A model generated the notes under the pieces. It saw only the letters and a program-made list of their open reading frames with translations. It was not told where the DNA came from and did not search any database. DNA of 64,000 nucleotides from a virus. Positions 8,305 to 18,316 of this stretch are shown piece by piece. Location: the IMG/VR virus record IMGVR_UViG_3300049988_000263; one strand, 5' to 3'. Every line of letters starts with the position of its first letter. Positions within the stretch are counted from its first letter, which is position 1. Position numbers and translations under genes: made by a program.

Positions 8305-8576
8305 GCGTCGATCGCCACTTGGAGATACACATGTCTGGTGAGAGGCAGATTCGGTTCTTCCCTCTGCCGGAGACGGGCTACAAAATCTCACCCTTCCCGT
8401 ATGCGTTCACCACTGTAATCACGCAGGAGAATTACCAATCTTACAGGGACTGCCTGGATTGGTGTATCGAGCGATTCGGCGGCCCGGATTTCGAGAACAC
8501 GTGGTACATTCACGACGTGACGCTTTGGTTCAACGATCCTGTCCAGGCGATGGAGTTCAAGCTCCGCTGGGTCTAA
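8301..8576 (+). CDS. FKxRW-family small protein
   Basis: Ends FNDPVQAMEFKLRWV. Confidence 0.8.
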   Translation: MSVDRHLEIHMSGERQIRFFPLPETGYKISPFPYAFTTVITQENYQSYRDCLDWCIERFGGPDFENTWYIHDVTLWFNDPVQAMEFKLRWV

Positions 8577-8581
8577 CTGAG

Positions 8582-8609
8582 TTGACAGATTGTTTTTTCG
8601 GTGTATATT
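8582..8609 (+). promoter_or_regulatory. Early-type promoter
   Basis: TTGAC-N13-GGTGTATATT. Confidence 0.75.
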
Positions 8610-9200
8610 AGTTCCATCAACAGCGAGGAATTCCAGATGCATACGACGGTCATCGTTCAGGACAGCGGCGACACCAAGGTGATGATCGACAACGGCTTTC
8701 ATCCGAACGTTATCGGGATTCGTCGAGCAAATCAGCATTACCTTTCGGAAACTCCTTCCGATTGGACATTAATTTCCAACGCCTTCCATTCTAATTCGGA
8801 AGAGTACGAATTTGAGATTTCTTTGGCCGTAAAAAATCGGAAATTTCTTCCAGTTCTTTTCTGCGATCATAAGACGATCAACGATTTTTTCGATAGCTAT
8901 CCCGATATGATTGAGACAATTCTCGGCGGGAAAGTCGTCAAGCACAAACAGGTTGAGGTGACGGTCGCCTATGTGATCGCGGCTCGTCTGTCATACGCAA
9001 TTCGTCAAATCGAAGACGAGAAGGCGGCGGCAGTCGCCACGGACAATGCCCTGACGCATATGGTCGAGTCTTACCAACCCGAGGTTGTCATCGATTTCAT
9101 TCGCGGCCTAGGCTATGAGGATCGCCCGTATCTTGCCGGAGACCGGTCGCATCGGGCGTACTCGAAGTACAGCATGATGTTCGACGGCATATTCAACTGA
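8601..9200 (+). CDS. Hypothetical protein (true start probably the MHTTVIV ATG)
   Basis: About 185-199 aa ORF after the promoter; GAGGA SD. Confidence 0.6.
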   Translation: MYISSINSEEFQMHTTVIVQDSGDTKVMIDNGFHPNVIGIRRANQHYLSETPSDWTLISNAFHSNSEEYEFEISLAVKNRKFLPVLFCDHKTINDFFDSYPDMIETILGGKVVKHKQVEVTVAYVIAARLSYAIRQIEDEKAAAVATDNALTHMVESYQPEVVIDFIRGLGYEDRPYLAGDRSHRAYSKYSMMFDGIFN

Positions 9201-9210
9201 AGTTCTCCTA

Positions 9211-9492
9211 TTGAAAGGAATTAAACCCATGTATATTTCCTCATTATTCGTCACGGTTATGCTGACTTCGGTCTACGCGGCCTCCTACAAGCCCGGTCCT
9301 GCCAATTTTCGGGTTGATCCTCGTTCGATCGTGACGATTTTTCCTGCGCTTGAGTGTCCAACTCCTGTCAAAGAGATGGCGAAGAACTGTTCGTGGCTGC
9401 GAACGAAGGACGGAAAATCCGAGCTTGTTCTTGGTTCGCCCGAAGAGATTGAGCAGAACATTCGGGCGCAACTGAAAGAGATGAAGGAATAA
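9211..9492 (+). CDS. Small secreted/membrane hypothetical protein
   Basis: Signal-peptide-like N-terminus, two Cys. Confidence 0.5.
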   Translation: MKGIKPMYISSLFVTVMLTSVYAASYKPGPANFRVDPRSIVTIFPALECPTPVKEMAKNCSWLRTKDGKSELVLGSPEEIEQNIRAQLKEMKE

Positions 9493-9498
9493 GCTCAG

Positions 9499-9780
9499 AT
9501 GGGCATGATCGACGAGGAGCCGAAGCCGTTAAGTGAGATTCACGATCCCGAGCATCTTGCGGATGCTCCCACGGGGTTCGTTCACGGGTTCTATCCGTTT
9601 GTCCATGCCGATTCGGGAATGGCGTACGAGACGTACCTTGAGATTCGTCAGTGGTGCAAAGACCATTTCGGGATCGAGGGTAACTGGCCTGGGCACCAGT
9701 GCGCGTGGGAGGAGAATCGTAGTGGAATCTGGATCAGGAATCCGACACACGCGATGGAGTTCAAGCTCAGATGGCTTTGA
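9499..9780 (+). CDS. FKxRW-family small protein
   Basis: Ends IRNPTHAMEFKLRWL. Confidence 0.8.
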   Translation: MGMIDEEPKPLSEIHDPEHLADAPTGFVHGFYPFVHADSGMAYETYLEIRQWCKDHFGIEGNWPGHQCAWEENRSGIWIRNPTHAMEFKLRWL

Positions 9781-10013
9781 AGTTCGTTGAAGTCTCGCGG
9801 GACACTTTTATCCATCCGTTCCCAACCGGCTACCACTACATGTTCTTCGCCAATGCGTTCGCGCACAACTATGATATTTGGGAGGAAGCCCGTCGCTGGG
9901 GTGTGGCTCGGTTTGGGCCGGATGATCCGGATGCGGAATGGTTCTCCCATAATGGGCGGATGTTGTTTCGCCGGTTGGACCATGCGATGGAGTTCAAGCT
10001 TCGCTGGTGTTGA
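9771..10013 (+). CDS. FKxRW-family small protein
   Basis: Ends FRRLDHAMEFKLRWC. Confidence 0.8.
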   Translation: MALKFVEVSRDTFIHPFPTGYHYMFFANAFAHNYDIWEEARRWGVARFGPDDPDAEWFSHNGRMLFRRLDHAMEFKLRWC

Positions 10014-10039
10014 TGTATTTCTGAATACGAGTATATTCG

Positions 10040-10264
10040 TTGGACCATCAAGGGGATTTTCCGATGTACGCGGCGACCGAACATAAGATCACATTCGGTC
10101 CGTTGAGGATCAACGGGGAGTACCCGGTATATCTGGACGACGTCCTTCGTGGCTGGGTTGCCCGGCACTTCTCAAGCTGGGCGTACGGCTACCTACCGGG
10201 GGAGCGGATGGTCGGCCACGAGCATTCCCAGATGGCCGCCGCAGAGGCGCTGATTGAGCGCTAA
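10040..10264 (+). CDS. Hypothetical protein
   Basis: Fills the gap between family genes. Confidence 0.45.
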   Translation: MDHQGDFPMYAATEHKITFGPLRINGEYPVYLDDVLRGWVARHFSSWAYGYLPGERMVGHEHSQMAAAEALIER

Positions 10265-10265
10265 T

Positions 10266-10505
10266 ATGCCGCTTCGATTCACACCAATTCCCACAATGTT
10301 CCTCGGTGGGGGCGTGGACATATTCCCCTATATGTTCTCCATCAACGTCTCGTATGAGAACTATCTGGAGTACGAGGCGTGCCTGAGGTGGTGCATCGAG
10401 CGGTTCGGTGAGCCGGACCTTGCCCAGCACTGGTACATCTGCGACTCGATGTTCTTGTTCAATCGTCTCGACTACGCGACGGAGTTCAAGCTTCGATGGG
10501 TCTGA
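10266..10505 (+). CDS. FKxRW-family small protein
   Basis: Ends FNRLDYATEFKLRWV. Confidence 0.8.
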   Translation: MPLRFTPIPTMFLGGGVDIFPYMFSINVSYENYLEYEACLRWCIERFGEPDLAQHWYICDSMFLFNRLDYATEFKLRWV

Positions 10506-10741
10506 ACGTCTACCAGCGTGACCCGGATGACTATCATCACGGGCTCTATATGATCCCTAAGGAATTCCCACACGTATTCCTGATTGAGGTCAGTTGGCCG
10601 GACACGCATGCGTCGATTCGCGATTGGTGCGTCGCGCATGTGGGTGAAGCTGGGCTTGCGCAGGATTGGTGCTACAACTCGGCATCCATCTGGTTCCGGC
10701 ATGCTCACCATGCGATAGAGTTCAAGCTCCGTTGGACGTAG
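10496..10741 (+). CDS. FKxRW-family small protein
   Basis: Ends FRHAHHAIEFKLRWT. Confidence 0.8.
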   Translation: MGLNVYQRDPDDYHHGLYMIPKEFPHVFLIEVSWPDTHASIRDWCVAHVGEAGLAQDWCYNSASIWFRHAHHAIEFKLRWT

Positions 10742-11363
10742 GGTGGCGCGGCGGCGGGTACGCGGATGGTGTATCCTTGGGGAAGAAGTCTCCAAGCTGC
10801 TGGATCACGACAGCCCTCGGGATCACCTGGGTGCTCCGACCTCCGACCATGCGTCCCATAAAGACGCCATGGCCGTGACCGCCAGAGTGGTAGATTTCCC
10901 ATTCTTGGTCTTTGTACTGGACAATTTTACCTACATAGTGCTGTTTCCAATGGCGGCCATCATAGGCAATCCTATGGGGCTTCCAGCTATTCCAGAACGC
11001 GAATGCTTCATCGCTCACGCTCGTTGCTGGGACCAGATACCCGCCTTTGGACTCGCAGTACTTCTCTACGGCATCGTACAATGCGCGGGCGACGCCTTTA
11101 CGGCGATACTTCTCATCAACAACCGATTTGTAAATGTGAAAAACGCGCTCACCTTTCTCGTCTACATCGGTGGGCGATCCCATAAAAATGGCACCGCCGA
11201 TCTTCTTACCACCGAGACGGGGTGATCCATTGTAAGCCCAGATAGATTGGTAGCCATCCTCGACTATCACAAGATTCTTCTCAGGCGTGAAGTCTTTATA
11301 CGTTCGAGATTTTGGCTTCTCAACGTCTTCGTTTAGGTGGTAGGCAAAGTCATGGTATCGCAT
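10722..11363 (-). CDS. GNAT-family acetyltransferase, late gene
   Basis: Motif A VVDEKYRRKGVARALY; start MRYHDFAYHLNE placed 5 nt after GTAAATA. Confidence 0.7.
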   Translation of the reverse strand: MRYHDFAYHLNEDVEKPKSRTYKDFTPEKNLVIVEDGYQSIWAYNGSPRLGGKKIGGAIFMGSPTDVDEKGERVFHIYKSVVDEKYRRKGVARALYDAVEKYCESKGGYLVPATSVSDEAFAFWNSWKPHRIAYDGRHWKQHYVGKIVQYKDQEWEIYHSGGHGHGVFMGRMVGGRSTQVIPRAVVIQQLGDFFPKDTPSAYPPPRHPTSNGA

Positions 11364-11405
11364 GACCCTATTTACAAAATATCGGGATTTGGCTAATAAT
11401 TTCGT

Positions 11406-11654
11406 ATGACGAAAGCCCTGCTTAAGATGGCATCGATCCAGATTGACTCCAACCATGGGGCGCCTGTGGGGTTCCCGTTCTGCTTCTTCTGCCCCCTGTA
11501 TATCGACAACATCCGGGAGTTCGATGAGATACTGGACTGGTGCCGATCCCGTCATGGAGAGGACGGACCTGACGAGGACTGGTACGAGCGGTATGGAGCG
11601 ATCTTCTTCCGCCGAGAGGACGACGCGATGGAGTTCAAAATCCGATGGGGGTAA
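11406..11654 (+). CDS. FKxRW-family small protein
   Basis: Ends FRREDDAMEFKIRWG. Confidence 0.8.
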   Translation: MTKALLKMASIQIDSNHGAPVGFPFCFFCPLYIDNIREFDEILDWCRSRHGEDGPDEDWYERYGAIFFRREDDAMEFKIRWG

Positions 11655-11896
11655 GGGTGATCGAATTGTCACCGGAAGTCCGCCGGGGCTACCACATTGG
11701 TTTTCCCGAGGGGTTCGATCACGGTTTCCATGTGGTCACCGAGACTATGGGGAACGATGAGGCAATCCCGCATTACGAATGGTGCGTGGAGCGGCATGGA
11801 GCAAGCGGCGGGGCATTCCTGTTCACCTCGCACAACTGCGTATTCTGGTTCCGCGACGCGGCGGCGGCCTTCGAATTTAAGGTCCGCTGGGCGTGA
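11645..11896 (+). CDS. FKxRW-family small protein
   Basis: Ends FRDAAAAFEFKVRWA. Confidence 0.8.
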   Translation: MGVRVIELSPEVRRGYHIGFPEGFDHGFHVVTETMGNDEAIPHYEWCVERHGASGGAFLFTSHNCVFWFRDAAAAFEFKVRWA

Positions 11897-12168
11897 TCGG
11901 GGTCGAGGAGGGTGTGTTCCACCCGCGATTGCCTCGTTACGTCCGTAGGATGCCCCCATTGAAGAGGGAGCGGCATCTACGTGGGCAGGTACCCCGGACG
12001 TTTCGATTTCGTGTGAACACGAGCCAACTGCATTGGTCTTCTTCCGATCAAGCCCAGCAGATTATTTGGTGTCGTACTAACGGAGTCCAGGGTTGGGCGA
12101 GGCGGGGCTTATCCTTCTTGTTTGATCGAGAAGTCGATGCGGTGGGGTTCGTGATGCGGTGGGGTTAG
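11893..12168 (+). CDS. FKxRW-family small protein
   Basis: Ends FDREVDAVGFVMRWG. Confidence 0.7.
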   Translation: MIGVEEGVFHPRLPRYVRRMPPLKRERHLRGQVPRTFRFRVNTSQLHWSSSDQAQQIIWCRTNGVQGWARRGLSFLFDREVDAVGFVMRWG

Positions 12169-12584
12169 CGCCACTGTGATGGCGACGTAAATCCGTCAGA
12201 CATCGTCTTCACGGCAGGTCCGACCCGAAGGCTATCCATGTACGCGACCAGACCACGCCGATTGTCGAACACCTGATAGGTCATGGCATTGTCCTTGAGG
12301 GAGAATCCGACATAACGAACATCCTTCAGTCGTGGCGCGAGGACTTCGTCCAAGGCCAGGAGGCGAAAGCAAATCGCCCCAAGGCAGTTAATCATTGTCT
12401 CGGACGCCTCCATATCCATGCTACCCGAATACATGCTAATCCAATAGTCGTGGTTATTCTCGGGGGCATCCTTGAACGCGAACTGGCTGATATCATCGAG
12501 AACATCTCGGCGTATCTTGGCCTGATACACGACGCGCCCAAACGGCTTATGCTGGCTGAATCCAAAGTGCACAAAATTTGACAT
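12165..12584 (-). CDS. Hypothetical protein
   Basis: GAGGAGA SD; 139 aa. Confidence 0.6.
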   Translation of the reverse strand: MSNFVHFGFSQHKPFGRVVYQAKIRRDVLDDISQFAFKDAPENNHDYWISMYSGSMDMEASETMINCLGAICFRLLALDEVLAPRLKDVRYVGFSLKDNAMTYQVFDNRRGLVAYMDSLRVGPAVKTMSDGFTSPSQWR

Positions 12585-12701
12585 GGGGTTTCTCCTCTTT
12601 CAGGAAAATTACCCCGTAGGGATCAGGTGCGTCCATATTTTTGTGACTTGCAATCCTCACAAATAGATGTATATTGGTGCAATCGGTTCAGGGGGATTCA
12701 C

Positions 12702-13262
12702 ATGGCCAACCATTGCAAGACGGTTTCGATTGTCTCTCTGATCGAGAAGGTCAATGCGTTCTGTCTGAATACGGCGGACGACATGAAGGCGGAGCGTGTG
12801 GCGATGGCGAGTTTCCTCGCCGACATCCTGCACCAGAACAACGTCTACGCAGGCTTCGGCTACCTCTACGCCCATCACATGGAGAAGTCCGAGCGCGGCA
12901 CCTCCGTGGGGATCATCTTCGACGAATCTCCCGAGCACAAGCACGTGTATCCGGACGAGTCCCGCGTCTACTACTACGTTGCGCGGAAGCTCGAAGACCC
13001 GGATCGGATTAAGAAGGGCAAGACCATGCCCAAGGGGATGGAGACGATCCGTCTGACTAATGCCCAGGCGAACGTGTTCTTCAACGAAGGACTGCGCCGC
13101 AAGATGCGGGAGTGGCTGGAGGCTCGCCGCTGCTCGATCGTCTACACGGAATTCGAAGATGGGCGTCCTCTCCCTGGTCACGGTGCGGCTGACTTCTCAG
13201 GCTTCACCATCGGTGCGGCCAACCCGAATACGTTGCTCGAATTCAAGCTCGCGTGGTTCTAA
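12702..13262 (+). CDS. Hypothetical N-terminal domain fused to an FKxRW-family domain
   Basis: Follows early promoter variant 12648-12675; ends ANPNTLLEFKLAWF. Confidence 0.7.
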   Translation: MANHCKTVSIVSLIEKVNAFCLNTADDMKAERVAMASFLADILHQNNVYAGFGYLYAHHMEKSERGTSVGIIFDESPEHKHVYPDESRVYYYVARKLEDPDRIKKGKTMPKGMETIRLTNAQANVFFNEGLRRKMREWLEARRCSIVYTEFEDGRPLPGHGAADFSGFTIGAANPNTLLEFKLAWF

Positions 13263-13537
13263 TGGTGGGAATCATGACAGACTCTTCTCGCATCCCTCGG
13301 TTCACCATAGGATCAAGTGCACTTCTTGCAAGGGCAAATCAGGAGTGTGGAGAAGGCATCACATACGTATTTACGATAGAAAGCGCCATATCGATTAAAG
13401 GTTCTTTTTCTTTGCTTGTGGAGGCTAAAGAATGGTGTGATGAAAACCTTAGTAATTACGACTGGTGTTCGTTCTCGTATACGATCGGATTTAGAGATCA
13501 GATGCCCGCCACATTATTTCGTCTCGTTTGGACGTAA
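13253..13537 (+). CDS. FKxRW-family small protein
   Basis: Ends FRDQMPATLFRLVWT. Confidence 0.7.
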   Translation: MVLMVGIMTDSSRIPRFTIGSSALLARANQECGEGITYVFTIESAISIKGSFSLLVEAKEWCDENLSNYDWCSFSYTIGFRDQMPATLFRLVWT

Positions 13538-13887
13538 AGATCATGCATACAATCTGGCAGTGGCGCAATCATGGAGACACCGTCTGGAAGGGGTTGAGCA
13601 CGGAGAAACCCCGCCAGTTCTGGATACAGAAGGAATATCGGGAGATCGAGATTGGTGAGCCCCGGTTCCACTATGAAGCGGAAGAGGTCGGGGCGCGCTG
13701 GCCGCACCGGTTCAGTCTAATCAATTTAGAACCCCGTGATTCATCTTCGTCGCTCAGACTGGTGGTTAAACCGGCCTTACGATGGTGTGAAGAAAACGTT
13801 GACGAAGAAGCGTGGATGCAGGTTTGGGCTAACGTCTACTTCAAAGATTATACCGCTGCGATGGCATTCCGTTTGCGTTGGTGCTGA
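13528..13887 (+). CDS. FKxRW-family small protein
   Basis: Ends FKDYTAAMAFRLRWC. Confidence 0.75.
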   Translation: MDVKIMHTIWQWRNHGDTVWKGLSTEKPRQFWIQKEYREIEIGEPRFHYEAEEVGARWPHRFSLINLEPRDSSSSLRLVVKPALRWCEENVDEEAWMQVWANVYFKDYTAAMAFRLRWC

Positions 13888-13891
13888 TCTA

Positions 13892-14122
13892 ATGTGCTCG
13901 ACCTTCATGGATCAATTCGGTAGAACATTTCGATGCCCCGAGGGGTACTCGTACGGATTCAGCATCACCCACGTGCACCCACCAAGAAGGGGCGAGATGT
14001 TGGACTGGTGTCAGAGGCACTTCGGTCGCGGGAACTCGTATCGACGGTGGGCACATGATGGGAACGCCGTGTTCTTCCGATATCAAACGGATGCGTTCGA
14101 ATACAAGGTGCGATGGCTATGA
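13892..14122 (+). CDS. FKxRW-family small protein
   Basis: Ends FRYQTDAFEYKVRWL. Confidence 0.75.
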   Translation: MCSTFMDQFGRTFRCPEGYSYGFSITHVHPPRRGEMLDWCQRHFGRGNSYRRWAHDGNAVFFRYQTDAFEYKVRWL

Positions 14123-14358
14123 GACGAGGTGAGATGGGCGACGTTCACGGTGAGCCTATGAGCCGGAGGGTCACGATCCTTTTAGTCGCTCTTGTGGCGG
14201 TGGGTGCGTGCTTTCTCGGCCCTATGATCCCGGTGGAATCTGCTTATAAGTCGAGGATGGATTGCGGTGAAGGATTCGTTCTCGTGAGTGGCCTTTACCA
14301 GAATCCGAAATTCGTTTGCGTTGCAGGACATTTACCAAAAGTGGTGCCGAACGAATGA
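14113..14358 (+). CDS. Small membrane protein
   Basis: Hydrophobic VTILLVALVAVGACFLG, Cys pair. Confidence 0.5.
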   Translation: MAMRRGEMGDVHGEPMSRRVTILLVALVAVGACFLGPMIPVESAYKSRMDCGEGFVLVSGLYQNPKFVCVAGHLPKVVPNE

Positions 14359-14567
14359 AAATCACGGTGATAGAGCGGCGTGACAATAATACCTCGTACT
14401 TCTTCATCGGAAGTATTGCAGCGATCTCGAATCAAGAGGAAGAGGTCGAGCGGGTCAGAGAATGGCTCGCCGACAACCTCAGACCTAACAAGTATACGTT
14501 GCGGGTAAACCTTCTCTGGTTCGAGGATGATCGCGACGCCTGTGCGTTCAAACTGGTGTGGATGTGA
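14355..14567 (+). CDS. FKxRW-family small protein
   Basis: Ends FEDDRDACAFKLVWM. Confidence 0.75.
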   Translation: MKITVIERRDNNTSYFFIGSIAAISNQEEEVERVREWLADNLRPNKYTLRVNLLWFEDDRDACAFKLVWM

Positions 14568-14842
14568 TGCGGACGTTCAAGGATATCCAAAACGACGATG
14601 CAACCACGGTGATCCATCCGGCTGACCCGTGGTCGCTTGCGGTGTTTCAGGCGATGAAGAGCGCACTGGAGGCCGAAGCGGAACTCGACAAGGCCCTGTC
14701 CGACCCTGCCCTGAACTACACGGGGCAGTACGAGGCGATCGACTTCCACGGAGGCAAGGAGATCGCGTTCAATCGCGCGGTGGACCATCTCGGTTCGACG
14801 ATCACCAACATGGTGGTTGCCAAAACCAAAGAGATCAGCTAA
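14558..14842 (+). CDS. Hypothetical protein
   Basis: 94 aa, coupled to the previous gene. Confidence 0.55.
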   Translation: MDVMRTFKDIQNDDATTVIHPADPWSLAVFQAMKSALEAEAELDKALSDPALNYTGQYEAIDFHGGKEIAFNRAVDHLGSTITNMVVAKTKEIS

Positions 14843-14921
14843 ATAGGTTTGATGACCTACGCGATCCACCAACGACAAACGGCCTGAAGACTTCGTCCCC
14901 TTGGACGAGGTCTGTTTCTGT

Positions 14922-14995
14922 TCGGGGATCGTTTAATGGTAGGACGGGGGATTTTGGCTCCCTTAATGTGGGTTCGACTCCTACTCCCCGAGCCA
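14922..14995 (+). tRNA. tRNA-Gln(UUG)
   Basis: Cloverleaf, U1-A72, loop TTTTGGC, GCCA end. Confidence 0.9.
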
Positions 14996-15331
14996 AATCA
15001 TCTAAGTGTTGTGGCTAAATATCGGTATGACCGATCGTAGCTCCGATATGCGCTATATTCTCTCGCAGGTCCGCCTCCACACCGGAGGAACCGTGGCAGA
15101 GACTACCCGCTCCCCCAACATGACGAAGAAGTCCGCGCTTCAGGGTTTGCCCGCACTGCTCCCGGCCACGCCGGAGAACATCGAGCGCGCGAAGGTGTTC
15201 GCTCTGAAGAAGGACGACGCCGAGGGGATGGCCGAGTACGACGCGAAAGCCGCTGGCGGCTGCTGCGGGTTCTACGACAGACACATCACCGTCCTGGGCC
15301 GCCCAGCCATGATTGGCTGCAACTACGGCCA

Positions 15332-15721
15332 TTGAGGATGCAGGACGGACCATCCCTCGGTGAGTTCATCACCGCTCTTGGTATTGTCGGGATCATCATC
15401 GGCCTATCCTGTATCCTTGTGTACCTGATGTCTGAGTACGTCGATCCCTGGCGGGCCAAGCGGAAAGCTCTCCGGCGGGTCAAGGGCTGGAACGTGGTAA
15501 CGTTGAACCGTAGAGACCTTTCGCGGGACAGTTACTGCGAGAATAAAATGACACCGCATTGGTTTCGACCTGACGTCGGCCTCTGGTGCCTGGAAAACTG
15601 TCAGGGCAATTACGGGACAATCCCAATCTTCGGGGTGTGCGACGCTTACAAGGTGACCGAGCGCAGTTATGCGTTCGAGCGGGTTGATGACGCAATGATG
15701 TTCAAGATGGTCTGGGGATGA
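15332..15721 (+). CDS. N-terminal TM plus FKxRW-family domain
   Basis: FITALGIVGIIIGLSCILVYLM; ends FERVDDAMMFKMVWG. Confidence 0.75.
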   Translation: MRMQDGPSLGEFITALGIVGIIIGLSCILVYLMSEYVDPWRAKRKALRRVKGWNVVTLNRRDLSRDSYCENKMTPHWFRPDVGLWCLENCQGNYGTIPIFGVCDAYKVTERSYAFERVDDAMMFKMVWG

Positions 15722-15795
15722 TTCGCTGTCTTCTTGGATACGATTAGGCTTTAGACGAATCCTAAATACCACGCACGCGTGTTTAGGATCATATC

Positions 15796-17541
15796 ATGTC
15801 CGCTACCCTGGTAATCAAATTCTCTGAAATACTTGCCAACGATGTTGGAGAGGGTATTTCTATTGTCTCGATCGGCGTTCCTACCAACGGAGGAACGGCT
15901 GTTTTAAATTCTGAGGCGAAGACGATCACCTATACTGCGCCGGAAGTGGGAAACTTTGACACTTTCACTTATAAGATTTCCGATCGGTTAAAGCAAACCT
16001 CGATCGCGACCATCAACATCTCAATCAGCGGCGAATCACCAATGGATCGTGAGATCACACTCACGTACCCCGATTATCCCGGTTTGATTATCATTCCGGT
16101 TGATCGATTCCTCCCCGAGGGTTCCGGATCAACGGTTCGTCTTACTTACGTGGGGCCTTCCGTGGTTAATCAAACCAAGGGTACGGTGTTTTTCCAGGCT
16201 GGAGAGGATATCCGATACTTTGTTCCGGACGATCATACGCAGGGCGGCGGGGACGTTATCACGGACGACTATCTTAGCTATACGTTTTCCGATTCATCTG
16301 GAACGTCATTGACCAGAGAACTCCACCTAATCCTGAAAGACTCACCAAGCGCCATTGATGATAATTTGGTTCTACCTGCTAGGAACAGTGCTGATTTTGC
16401 CAGTCAGGTTCAAATCTACAATTATACCCTCCTAGGCAATGACCTAGGTCGCAACCTTTCCGTCTCTGGATTTACGCAGCCAAAGTTCGGAACGATCACT
16501 CCAATGACAAACGGTCAGGGGATCATCTATACGCGGCCAGCCGACCCGACTCCGGTGGATACATTTACGTACACGATCTCGAATCTGAAAGGTGAAGTCT
16601 CAACTGCCAAGGTAACTTTGAGCGAGACCAGTGATGAGGCGGCTGGATTTCCAATAGCTAGAGATGATATCATTCCTCTATCTGGTTCAAGCGCATTTGC
16701 TGAACCAATCAGAGTGCAAATTATTACGCTACTTGGAAACGACACTTATGATGGTTCGGTAAATGTGGCGTTTAGTCCATCTCCAAATGGCGCGGAATCT
16801 TACAAGGATGGTGATGACTTCGTGTACATACCAACGACCCCACCACGTGATGATTTGATCACTTATACGATCACAAATTCTCTTGGAAGGCAGTCAAGCG
16901 CGCGGGTTCTATTCAAAGCTCCAACCAACGCGCCGACGAACCAGTACGGTCGATTCAAACAAATCTGTACGGGACTGATTAGCGATGCGAGACTCGTAAA
17001 TGTTACTCTCGATGCGCCGCCAACTGTCGGTAATATTTTAGTCGCTATCGCGATAACATATCAGGGCGCGCCTAATACGAGATTCGATTGGACTGGTATT
17101 GATCTAAAAAATTCCGTGTTCAACTTCAATCTTGGTGCCGTAACAACGGCATACAAGGTTGTTACATCGGAAGATACTACAGATCGTCGAACTATTCCGT
17201 TTGTTAACAGTGCAGGTACGACTGGATACATTGGAGTATTTGAATTTTCCGGAAATCCAGCAAACCTCAGTGGCTTGTTTGTGGATTCGACAAACGCAAC
17301 CACATACACGCATCAAGAGACCCCTCCGACGAACGGTGCGGTGATCGGTATCGCAATGAGTCCGGCTGGGGCTGGACCGAGCGTGTCGGGGGATGGAGTA
17401 GAGACCGGCCCGCGTGTATTTGATGATCGAACGGGAATCTATCCGTTCTACGCGGAGGCCGCAGCATCCGTGATTGCGGAAGCTCCGCCCTCGACGGGGA
17501 AGGTTCTCGTGTATGCGTCAATGAGCGTAGTCTTTGGATGA
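15796..17541 (+). CDS. Virion/decoration protein with cadherin-like Ig (Big_9-type) repeats
   Basis: Repeats of xxD..LLGND...G.I.Y.P...DTFTYTISN; CTAAATA upstream. Confidence 0.75.
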   Translation: MSATLVIKFSEILANDVGEGISIVSIGVPTNGGTAVLNSEAKTITYTAPEVGNFDTFTYKISDRLKQTSIATINISISGESPMDREITLTYPDYPGLIIIPVDRFLPEGSGSTVRLTYVGPSVVNQTKGTVFFQAGEDIRYFVPDDHTQGGGDVITDDYLSYTFSDSSGTSLTRELHLILKDSPSAIDDNLVLPARNSADFASQVQIYNYTLLGNDLGRNLSVSGFTQPKFGTITPMTNGQGIIYTRPADPTPVDTFTYTISNLKGEVSTAKVTLSETSDEAAGFPIARDDIIPLSGSSAFAEPIRVQIITLLGNDTYDGSVNVAFSPSPNGAESYKDGDDFVYIPTTPPRDDLITYTITNSLGRQSSARVLFKAPTNAPTNQYGRFKQICTGLISDARLVNVTLDAPPTVGNILVAIAITYQGAPNTRFDWTGIDLKNSVFNFNLGAVTTAYKVVTSEDTTDRRTIPFVNSAGTTGYIGVFEFSGNPANLSGLFVDSTNATTYTHQETPPTNGAVIGIAMSPAGAGPSVSGDGVETGPRVFDDRTGIYPFYAEAAASVIAEAPPSTGKVLVYASMSVVFG

Positions 17542-17623
17542 GCTATTTACGCGCCCGTGTAACCGCGCTAGGAGGAGGATAGTTTTCGAGAACGCGGGCC
17601 GAATCGCCTCCCCTCGAAATGAG

Positions 17624-17650
17624 AAAGCCCGCCTGAGCGCGGGCTTTTTT
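17624..17650 (+). terminator. Intrinsic terminator
   Basis: AAAGCCCGC...GCGGGC-TTTTTT. Confidence 0.75.
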
Positions 17651-17727
17651 CGTTCTATCTCTTTCGTATTGGCTTGACGAATTTTTGAATCCGCGTATCT
17701 TTTAGAGATCAACGTGGGAGTCAAATC

Positions 17728-17937
17728 ATGTCCGATGCTCGCAAGGTTCGTATGGTTATCGATCCCCCGCTCACGGTAGAGCAGCGCGCCCGGCTGCGGG
17801 ATGTTGCCCATGGAGACTTGCGCGACTTCCATACGAACGAACTGCTGATCTCCGCAACCGTCGACTACATCGTTGCGGCGTTGGGCGATCCTCGGCGGAA
17901 TCTCACGTTGGTCGAAACCATTCATGGAACCCGCTAA
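17728..17937 (+). CDS. Hypothetical protein
   Basis: GGGAG SD; 69 aa. Confidence 0.55.
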   Translation: MSDARKVRMVIDPPLTVEQRARLRDVAHGDLRDFHTNELLISATVDYIVAALGDPRRNLTLVETIHGTR

Positions 17938-18061
17938 TGAACGAACACACCTACGCGATGGGTCCGAAGGCGGCCATTCGCTTTGAACTGAAGAAGATCG
18001 CCTTTTACGGGGCGGTGTTCGCGGTGGTCTTCACCTACAACTATTTCACGGGGGTGTATCG

Positions 18062-18316
18062 GTGAAGGGATTTTTGCTCACACCCTGGGTGAAGCCGGGT
18101 AAGGACAAGAAGACCAAGGAACCCATTCCGGGTCCCTATTACCTGTGCCCGGTCGAGTTCCTGGGTGAGAACCGCTATCGCTTCGTCGGCGAGGATATCA
18201 CGGTGGATTCGCGTGAGGCCGTGCTGAAGCGCTGCACGGACGAGGGTATTCCGATGTGGCCTCATCCGATGACTCCGGATACGTGCACGTTCCTCCAACT
18301 CGGAGCCGACTGGTAA
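18062..18316 (+). CDS. Hypothetical protein
   Basis: 84 aa, coupled to the next gene. Confidence 0.55.
   Translation: MKGFLLTPWVKPGKDKKTKEPIPGPYYLCPVEFLGENRYRFVGEDITVDSREAVLKRCTDEGIPMWPHPMTPDTCTFLQLGADW

Noticed and set aside
7500-11654. Repeated GCGATGGAGTTCAAG as a CRISPR array or integron attC sites
   Set aside because: Copies are in frame at the ends of homologous ORFs, vary synonymously, have irregular 200-900 nt spacing and lack attC palindromes; no cas or integrase gene seen.
11364-11672. N-terminal extension of the 316-aa minus ORF
   Set aside because: Overlaps a + strand FKxRW gene; a TAAATA + 5 nt start at 11363 fits better.
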